This document shows positions 53,801 to 63,199 of a DNA stretch of 64,000 nt, in pieces (the stretch's first letter is position 1; each line of letters begins with the position of its first letter). The position numbers and the translations under genes were made by a program. This stretch comes from Eledone cirrhosa (lineage: Eukaryota), in the NCBI GenBank assembly GCA_964016885.1, contig OZ024741.1, forward strand, positions 2,852,001-2,916,000, in the 5' to 3' direction. Below the pieces are notes generated by a model. That model did no database searches. It had not been told where the DNA came from and saw only the letters and a list, made by a program, of their open reading frames with translations.

Positions 53801-55439
53801 ATTCTCCAGCTCTCCTCACAGTTTCTTCTCTGAAGACCTTCTACTGTCCAGCTCTTCTCATGATTTCTTCTGTGAAGACCTTCTACTGTCCAGCTCTCCT
53901 CACAGTTTCTTGTCTGAAGTTCTACTTCTGTCCAGCTCTCCTCACAGTTTCTTCTCTGAAGACCTTCTGCTGTCCAGCTCTCCTCACAGTTTCTTGTCTG
54001 AAGACCTTCTGCTGTATAGCTCTCCTCACACTTTCTTCTCTGAAGACCTTCTACTGTACAGCTCTCCTCACAGTTTATTCTCTGAAGACCTTCTACTCTC
54101 CAGCTCTCCTCATCATTTCTTCTCTGAAGACCTTCTACTGTCCAGCTCTTCTCACAGTTTCTTCTCATAAGCCCTTCTACTGTCCAGCTCTCCTCATAGT
54201 TTCTTCTCTGAAGACCTTCTACTGTCCAGTTCTCCTCACACTTTCTTCTCTGAAGACTTTCTACTGTCCAGCTCTCCTCACAGTTTCTTTTCTGAAGACC
54301 TTCTGCTGCCCAGCACTCCTCACAGTTTCTTCTCTGAACACCTTCTACTGTCCAGCTCTCCTCACAGTTTCTTCTCTGAAGACCTTCTGCTGTCCAGCTC
54401 TCCTCACAGTTTCTTCTCTGAACACCTTCTACTGTCCAGCTCTCCTCACAGTTTCTTCTCTGAAGACCTTCTACTGTCCAGCTCTCTTCATAATTTCTTC
54501 TCTGAAGACCTTCTACTGTCCAGCTCTTCTCACGTTTTCTTCTCTGAAGATTTTCTACTGTCCAGTTCTCCTCAAACTTTCTTCTCTGAACACCTTCTAC
54601 TGTCCAGCTCTCCTCAATGTTTCTTCTCTGAATACCTTCCACTGTCCAGCTCTCCTCAGAGATTCTTCTCTGAAGTCCTTCTACAGTCCAGTTCCTCTCA
54701 CAGTTTCTTCTCTGAAGACCTTCTACTGTCCAGCTCTCCTCACAGTTTCTTCTCTGATGACCATCTTGTTCTGCTCTCTTCACAGTTTCTTCGCTGAAGA
54801 CCTTCTTCTGTCCAGGTCCTCTCACAGTTTCTTTCTGAAGACCTTCTACTGTCCAGCTCTCCTCACACTTTCTTCTCTGATACCTGCTGCTGTCCAGCTC
54901 TCCTCACAGTTTCTTCTCTGAAGATCTTCTACTGTCCAACTCTCCCCACAGTGTCTTCTGTGAAGACCTTCTACTGTCCAGCTCTCCTCACAATTTCTTC
55001 TCTGAAGACCTTCTGCTGTCCAGTTCTCCTCACAGTTTCTTCTCTGAAGACCTTCTGTTGTCCAGCTCTCCTCACAGTTTCTTCTCTGAAGACCTACTGT
55101 CCAGCTCTTCTCACATTTTCTTCTCTGAAGATTTTCTACTGTCCAGTTCTCCTCAATATTTCTTCTCTGAATACCTTCCACTGTCCAGCTCTCCTCACAG
55201 ATTCTTCTCTGAAGTCCTTCTACCGTCCAGTTCCTCTCACAGTTTCTTCTGTGAAGACCTTCTACTGTCCAGCTCTCCTCACAGTTTCTTCTCTGATGAC
55301 CATCTTCTGTTCTGCTCTCTTCACAGTTTATTCTTTGAAGACCTTCTACTGTCCAGTTCCTCTCACAGTTTCTTCTCTGAAGACCTTCTACTGTCCAGCT
55401 CTCCTCACACTTTCTTCTCTGAAGACCTGCTGCTGTCCA

Positions 55440-58400
55440 GCTCTCCTCACAGATTCTTCTCTGAAGACCTTCTACTGTCCAGCTCTCCTCACAGTTTCTT
55501 CTCTGAAGAGATTCTACTGTCCAGCTCTCCTCACAGTTTCTTGTCTGAAGTTCTACTACTGTCCATCTCTCCTCACAGTTTCTTGTTTGAAGACCTTCTG
55601 CTGTATAGCTCTCCTCACACTTTCTTCTCTGCAGATCTTCTACTCTCCAGCTCTCCTCATCATTTCTTCTCTGAAGACCTTCTACTGTCCAGCTCTCCTC
55701 ACAGATTCTTCTCTGAAGACCTTCTACTGTCCAGCTCACCTCACAGTTACTTCTCTGAAGACCTTCTAATGTCCAGCTCTCCTCACAGTTTCTTCTCTGA
55801 AGCCCTTCTACTGTCCAGTTCTCCTCACACTTTCTTCTTTGAAGACCTTCTACTGTCCCGCTCTCCTCACAGTTTCTTCTCTGAAGACCTACTGTCCAGC
55901 TCTCCTCACAGTTTCTTTTCTGAAGCCCTTCTGCTGCCCAGCACTCCTCACAGTTTCTTCTCTGAACACCTTCTACTGTCCAGCTCTCCTCACAATTTCT
56001 TCTCTGAAGTCCTTCTTCTGTCCAGCTCTCCTCACAGTTTCTTCTCTGAAGACCTTCTACTGTCCAGCTATCCTCACAGTTTCTTCTCTGAAGAGCTTCT
56101 ACTGTTCAGCTCCCCTCACAGTTCATTCTCTGAAGACATTCTACTGTCCAGCTCTCCTCACAGTTTCTTCTCTAAAGTCCTTCTACTGTCCAGCACTCCT
56201 CACAGTTTCTTCTCTGATGACCTTCTTCTGTCCTGCTCATTTCACAGTTTCTTCTCTGAAGACCTTCTACTGTCCAGTTCCTCTCACATTTTCTTCTCTG
56301 AAGACCTTCTACTGTCCAGCTCTCCTCACATTTTCTTCTCTGAAGACCTTCTGCTTTCCAGCTCTCCTCACACATTCTTCTCTGAAGACCTTCTACTGTC
56401 CAGCTCTCCTCACAGTTTCTTCTCTGAAGACCTTCTGCTGTCCAGCTCTCCTCACACTTTCTTCTCTGAAGATCTTCTGCTGTCCAGCTCTCCTCACAGA
56501 TTCTTCTGTGAAGACCTTCTACTGTCCAGCTCTCCTGACAATTTCTTCTCTGAAGACCTTCTGCTGTCCATCTCTACTCACAGTTTCTTCTCTGAAGACC
56601 TTCTACTGTCCAGCTCTCCTCACAGTTTTTTTCTCTGAAAACCTTCTGCTGTCCAGCTCCCCTCACAGTTTATTCTCTGAAGATCTTCTACTGTCCAGCT
56701 CGCCTAGCAGTTTCTTCTCTGAAGAACTTCCACTGTACAGCTCTCCTGACAGTTTCTTCTCTGAACACCTTCTACTGTCCATCTCCTCTCTCAGTTTCTT
56801 CTCTGAAGACCTTCTACTGTCCAGCTCTCCTCACAGTTTCTTCTCTGAAGACCTTCTACTGTCCAGCTCTCCTCACAGTTTCTTCTCTGAAGACCTTCTA
56901 CTGTCCAGCTCTTCTCACATTTTCTTCTCTGAAGATTTTCTACTGTCCAGTTCTCCTCAAACTTTCTTCTCTGAACACCTTCTACTGTCCAGCTCTCCTC
57001 ACAGTTTCTTCTCTGAAGATCTTCTTCTGTCCATCTCTCCTCAATGTTTCTTCTCTGAATACCTTCCACTGTCCAGCTCTCCTCACAGATTCTTCTCTGA
57101 AGTCCTTCTACCGTCCAGTTCCTCTCACAGTTTCTTCTTTGAAGACCTTCTACTGTCCAGCTCTCCTCACAGTTTCTTCTCTGATGACCATCTTCTGTTC
57201 TGCTCTCTTCACAGTTTATTCTTTGAAGACCTTCTACTGTCCAGTTCCTCTCACAGTTTCTTCACTGAAGACCTGCTGCTGTCCAGCTCTCCTCACAGTT
57301 TATTCTCTGAAGATCTTCTACTGTCCAGCTCACCGGACAGTTTCTTCCCCAATGACCTTCTATTATCCAGCTCTCCTCACAGTTTCTTCTCTGAAGACCT
57401 TCTACTGTCCAGCTCTTCTCATGATTTCTTATGTGAAGACCTTCTACTGTCCAGCTCTCCTCACAGTTTCTTCTCTGAAGAGATTCTACTGTCCAGCTCT
57501 CCTCACAGTTTCTTGTCTGAAGTTCTACTTCTGTCCATCTCTCCTCACACTTTCTTCTCTGAAGACCTTTTACTGTACAGCTCTCCTCACAGTTTCTTCT
57601 CTGAAGACCTTCTACTCTCCAGCTCTCCTCATTATTTCTTCTCTGAAGACCTTCTGCTGCCCAGCACTCCTCACAGTTTCTTCTCTGAACACCTTCTACT
57701 GTCCAGCTCTCCTCACAGTTTCTTCTCTGAAGACCTTCTGCTGTCCTGCTCTCCTCACATTTTCTTCTCTGAAGATTTTCTACTGTCCAGTTCTCCTCAA
57801 ACTTTCTTCTCTGAAGACCTTCTACTGTCCAGCTCTCCTCACAGTTTCTTCTCTGAAGACCTTCTTCTGTCCATCTCTCCTCACAGTTTCTTCTCTGAGG
57901 ACCTTCTACTGTCCAGCTCTCCTCACAGTTTCTTCTCTAAAAAGCTTTTACTGTTCAGCTCCCCTCGCATTTTATTCTCTGAAGATCTACTGTCGTTTCA
58001 GCTCGCCTGGCAGTTTCTTCTCTGAAGAGCTTCCACTGTCCAGCTCTCCTGACAGTTTCTTCTCTGAACACCTTCTACTGTCCAGCTCCTCTCACAGTTT
58101 CTTCTCTGAAATTCTACTACTGTCCAGCTCTCCTCACAGTTTCTTCTCTGGAGACCTTCTACTGTCCAGTTCTCCTCACAGTTTCTTCTCTGAAGACCTT
58201 CAACTGACCAGTTCTCCTCATACTTTCTTCTTTGAAGACCTTCTACTGTCCAGCTCTCCTCACAGATTCTTCTCTCAAGACCTACTACTGTCCAGCTCTC
58301 TTCACAGTTTCTTCTCTGAAGAGATTCTACTGTCCAGCTCTCCTCACAGTTTCTTGTCTGAAGTTCTACTACTCTCCATCTCTCCTCACAGTTTCTTGTT

Positions 58401-59400
58401 TGAAGACCTTCTGCTGTATAGCTCTCCTCACACTTTCTTCTCTGCAGACCTTCTACTCTCCAGCTCTCCTCATCATTTCTTCTCTGAAGACCTTCTACTG
58501 TCCAGCTCTCCTCACAGATTCTTCTCTGAAGACCTTCTACTGTCCAGCTCTCCTCACAGTTACTTCTCTGAAGACCTTCTAATGTCCAGCTCTCCTCACA
58601 GTTTCTTCTCTGAAGACCTTCTACTGTCCAGTTCTCCTCACACTTTCTTCTTTGAAGACCTTCTACTGTCCCGCTCTCCTCACAGTTTCTTCTCTGAAGA
58701 CCTACTGTCCAGCTCTCCTCACAGTTTCTTTTCTGAAGCCCTTCTGCTGCCCAGCACTCCTCACAGTTTCTTCTCTGAACACCTTCTACTGTCCAGCTCT
58801 CCTCACAATTTCTTCTCTGAAGATCTTCTACTGTCCAGCTATCCTCACAGTTTCTTCTCTGAAGAGCTTCTACTGTTCAGCTCCCCTCACAGTTCATTCG
58901 CTGAAGACATTCTACTGTCCAGCTCTCCTCACAGTTTCTTCTCTGAAGACCTTCTACTGTCCAGCTCTCCTCACAGATTCCTCTCTAAAGTCCTTCTACT
59001 GTCCAGCGCTCCTCACAGTTTCTTCTCTGATGACCTTCTTCTGTCCTGCTCATTTCACAGTTTCTTCTCTGAAGACCTTCTACTGTCCAGTTCCTCTCAC
59101 ATTTTCTTCTCTGAAGACCTTCTACTGTCCAGCTCTCCTCACAGTTTCTTCTCTGAAGACCTTCTGCTGTCCAGCTCTCCTCACACTTTCTTCTCTGAAG
59201 ACCTTCTACTGTCCAGCTCTCCTCACAGTTTCTCCTCTGAAGCCCTTCTGCTGTCCAGCTCTCCTCACAGTTTCTTCTCTGAAGATCTTCTGCTGTCCAG
59301 CTCTCCTCACAGATTCTTCTGTGAAGACCATCTACTGTCCAGCTCTCCTCACAATTTCTTCTCTGAAGACCTTCTGCTGTCCATCTCTACTCACAGTTTC
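55440..59400 (+). repeat. Dispersed, more diverged block duplication within the array (~55440-56600 similar to ~58260-59400, offset ~2813)
   Basis: ORF starts 55839/58652 translate almost identically at first. Shared variants include TTCTTGTTTGAAG, CAGTTACTTC, CTAATGTCC, TGTCCCGCTC, CAGTTCATTC, CTAAAGTCC and TCCTGCTCATTTCAC. Confidence 0.8.
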
Positions 59401-62360
59401 TTCTCTGAAAACCTTCTACTGTCTAGCTCTCCGGACAGTTTCTTCTCTGAAGACCGTCTACTCTCCAGCTCTCCTCACAGTTTCTTCCCTGAAGACCTCC
59501 TGCTGACCAGCTCTCCTCACAGTTTCTTCTCTGAAGTTCTTCTACTGTCCATCTCTCCTCACAGATTCTTCTCTGAAGACCTTCTACAGTCCAGCTCTCC
59601 TCACTGTTTCTTCTCTGAAGACCTTCTACTGTCCAGCTCTCCTCACACTCTCTTCTTAGAAGACCTTCTACTGTCCAGCTCGCCTCACAGTTTCTTTTCT
59701 GAAGCCCTTCTGCTGCCCAGCACTCCTCACACTTTCTTCACTGAACACCTTCTACCGTCCAGCTCTCCTCACATTTTCTTCTCTGAAGACCTTCTACTGT
59801 CCAGCTCTCCTCACAGTTTCTTCTCTGAAGTTCTACTACTGTCCAACTCTCCTCACAGTTTCTTCTCTGAAGACCTTCTACTGTCCAGCTCTCCTCACAG
59901 TTTCTACGCTGAAGACTTTCTACTGTCCAGCTCTCCTCACAGATTCTTCTCTGAAGTCTTTCTACTGTCCAGCTCTCCTCACAGTTTCTTATCTGAAGAC
60001 CTTCTACTGTCCAGCTCTCCTCACAGTTTCTTCTCTGAAGTCCTTCTACTGTACAGCTCTCCTCACAGTTTCTTCTCTGAAGACCTTCTTTGTCCTGCTC
60101 TCCTCACAGTTTCTTCTCTGAAGACCTTCTACTGTCCAGTTCCTCTCACAGTTTCTCATCTGAAGACCTTCTACTGTCCAGCTCTCCTCACAGTTTCTTC
60201 TCTGAAGACCTTGTACTGTCCAGCTCTCCTCACAGTTTCTTCTCTGAAGACATTCTGCTGTGCAGCTCTCCTCACACTTTCTTCATTGAAGACCTACTGT
60301 CCAGCTCTCCTCACAGTTTCTTCTCTGAAGACCTACTGTCCAGCTCTCCTCACAGTTTCTTTTCTGAAGCCCTTCTGCTGCCCAGCACTCCTCACAGTTT
60401 CTTCTCTGAACACCTTCTATTGTCCAGCTCTCCTCTCAATTTCTTCTCTGAAGTCCTCCTCTCCAGCTCTCCTCACAGTTTCTTCTCTGAAGACCTTCTA
60501 CTGTCCAGCTATCCTCACAGTTTCTTCTCTGAAGAGCTTCTACTGTTCAGCTCCCCTCACAGTTCATTCTCTGAAGACCTTCTACTGTCCAGCTCTCCTC
60601 ACAGTTTCTTCTCTGAAGTTCTACTACTGTCCAGCTCTCCTCACAGTTTCTTCTCTGATGACCTTCTACTGTCCAGCTCTCCTCACAGTTTCTTCTCTGA
60701 AGACCTTCTGCTGTCCAGCTCTCCTCACACTTTCTTCTCTGAAGACCTTCTACTGTCCAGCTCTCCTCACAGTTTCTCCTCTGAAGCCCTTCTGCTGTCC
60801 AGCTCTCCTCACAGTTTCTTCTCTGAAGATCTTCTGCTGTCCAGCTCTCCTCACACTTTCTTCTCTGAAGACCTTCTACTGTCCAGCTCTCCTCAAGTTT
60901 CTCCTCTGAAGCCCTTCTGCTGTCCAGCTCTCCTCACAGTTTCTTCTCTGAAGATCTTCAGCTGTCCAGCTCTCCTCACAGATTCTTCTGTGAAGACCAT
61001 CTACTGTCCAGCTCTCCTCACAATTTCTTCTCTGAAGACCTTCTGCTGTCCATCTCTACTCACAGTTTCTTCTCTGAAAACCTTCTACTGTCTAGCTCTC
61101 CGGACAGTTTCTTCTCTGAAGACCGTCTACTCTCCAGCTCTCCTCACAGTTTCTTCCCTGAAGACCTCCTGCTGACCAGCTCTCCTCACAGTTTCTTCTC
61201 TGAAGTTCTTCTACTGTCCATCTCTCCTCACAGATTCTTCTCTGAAGACCTTCTACAGTCCAGCTCTCCTCACTGTTTCTTCTCTGAAGACCTTCTACTG
61301 TCCAGCTCTCCTCACACTCTCTTCTTAGAAGACCTTCTACTGTCCAGCTCGCCTCACAGTTTCTTTTCTGAAGCCCTTCTGCTGCCCAGCACTCCTCACA
61401 CTTTCTTCACTGAACACCTTCTACCGTCCAGCTCTCCTCACATTTTCTTCTCTGAAGACCTTCTACTGTCCAGCTCTCCTCACAGTTTCTTCTCTGAAGT
61501 TCTACTACTGTCCAACTCTCCTCACAGTTTCTTCTCTGAAGACCTTCTACTGTCCAGCTCTCCTCACAGTTTCTACGCTGAAGACTTTCTACTGTCCAGC
61601 TCTCCTCACAGATTCTTCTCTGAAGTCTTTCTACTGTCCAGCTCTCCTCACAGTTTCTTATCTGAAGACCTTCTACTGTCCAGCTCTCCTCACAGTTTCT
61701 TCTCTGAAGTCCTTCTACTGTACAGCTCTCCTCACAGTTTCTTCTCTGAAGACCTTCTTTGTCCTGCTCTCCTCACAGTTTCTTCTCTGAAGACCTTCTA
61801 CTGTCCAGTTCCTCTCACAGTTTCTCATCTGAAGACCTTCTACTGTCCAGCTCTCCTCACAGTTTCTTCTCTGAAGACCTTGTACTGTTCAGCTCTCCTC
61901 ACAGTTTCTTCTCTGAAGACATTCTGCTGTGCAGCTCTCCTCACACTTTCTTCATTGAAGACCTACTGTCCAGCTCTCCTCACAGTTTCTTCTCTGAAGA
62001 CCTACTGTCCAGCTCTCCTCACAGTTTCTTTTCTGAAGCCCTTCTGCTGCCCAGCACTCCTCACAGTTTCTTCTCTGAACACCTTCTATTGTCCAGCTCT
62101 CCTCTCAATTTCTTCTCTGAAGTCCTCCTCTCCAGCTCTCCTCACAGTTTCTTCTGTGAAGACCTTCTACTGTCCAGCTATCCTCACAGTTTCTTCTCTG
62201 AAGAGCTTCTACTGTTCAGCTCCCCTCACAGTTCATTCTCTGAAGACCTTCTACTGTCCAGCTCTCCTCACAGTTTCTTCTCTGAAGTTCTACTACTGTC
62301 CAGCTCTCCTCACAGTTTCTTCTCTGATGACCTTCTACTGTCCAGCTCTCCTCACAGTTT
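59228..62360 (+). repeat. Tandem duplication, period 1669 bp (copy 1 ~59228-60896, copy 2 ~60897-62360, incomplete)
   Basis: ORF ends 59506/61175 and ORF starts 60090/61759 are offset by 1669. Shared rare variants include GACCGTCTACTC, CACTCTCTTCTTAGAAG, TTTCTACGCTG and CTTCTTTGTCCTGCTC. Confidence 0.9.
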
Positions 62361-63199
62361 CTACTCTGAAGACCTTCTACTGTCCAGCTCTCCTCACAGA
62401 TTCTTCTCTGAAGACATTCTATTGTCCAGCTCTCCTCACAGTTTCTTATCTGAAGACCTTCTACTGTCCAGCTCTCCTCACAGTTTCTTCTCTGAAGTCC
62501 TTCTACTGTCCAGCTCTCCTCACAGATTCTTCTCTGAAGTCCTTCTACTGTCCAGCTCTCCTCACAGTTTCTTATCTGAAGACCTTCTACTGTCCAGCTC
62601 TCCTCACAGTTTCTTCTCTGAAGACCTTCTTTGTCCTGCTCTCCTCACAGTTTCTTTTCTGAAGACCTTCTACTGTCCAGTTCCTCTCACAGTTTCTCAT
62701 CTGAAGACCTTCTACTGTCCAGCTCTCCTCACAGTTTTTTCTCTGAAGACCTTCTACTGTCCAGTTCCTCTGAAAGTTTCTTCTCTGAAGACCTTCTACT
62801 GTCCAGCTCTCCTCACAGTTTCTTCTCTGAAGACCTGCTGTGCAGCTCTCCTCACACTTTCTTCTTTGAAGACCTTCTACTGTCGAGCTCTCCTCACAGT
62901 TTCTTCTCTGAAGACCTACTGTCCAGCTCTCCTCACAGTTTCTTTTCTGAAGCGCTTCTGTTGCCCAGCACTCCTCACAGTTTCTTCTCTGAACACCTTC
63001 TACTGTCCAGCTCTCCTCACAGTTTCTTCTCTGAAGTCCTTCTACTGTCCAGCTATCCTCACAGTTTCTTCTCTGAAGAGCTTCTACTGTTCAGCTCCCT
63101 CACAGTTCATTCTCTGAAGACCTTCTACTGTCCAGCTCTCCTCACAGTTTCTTCTCGGAAGTTCTACTACTGTGCAGCTCTCCTCACAGTTTCTTCTCT

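Noticed and set aside
54947-54953. V(D)J recombination signal: consensus CACAGTT resembles the heptamer CACAGTG, with an exact match here
   Set aside because: There is no ACAAAAACC-like nonamer at 12- or 23-bp spacing and no V/D/J coding segments.
57139-60909. 1256-aa ORF, and other long ORFs such as 16952-19540, 30163-32673, 39619-42129 and 52936-54825, as protein-coding genes
   Set aside because: They are pure translations of the 42-bp unit and overlap in several frames on both strands. Many start at non-ATG codons, they switch between repeat phases at indels, they have no unique N- or C-terminal domain, and stops and frameshifts are freely duplicated.
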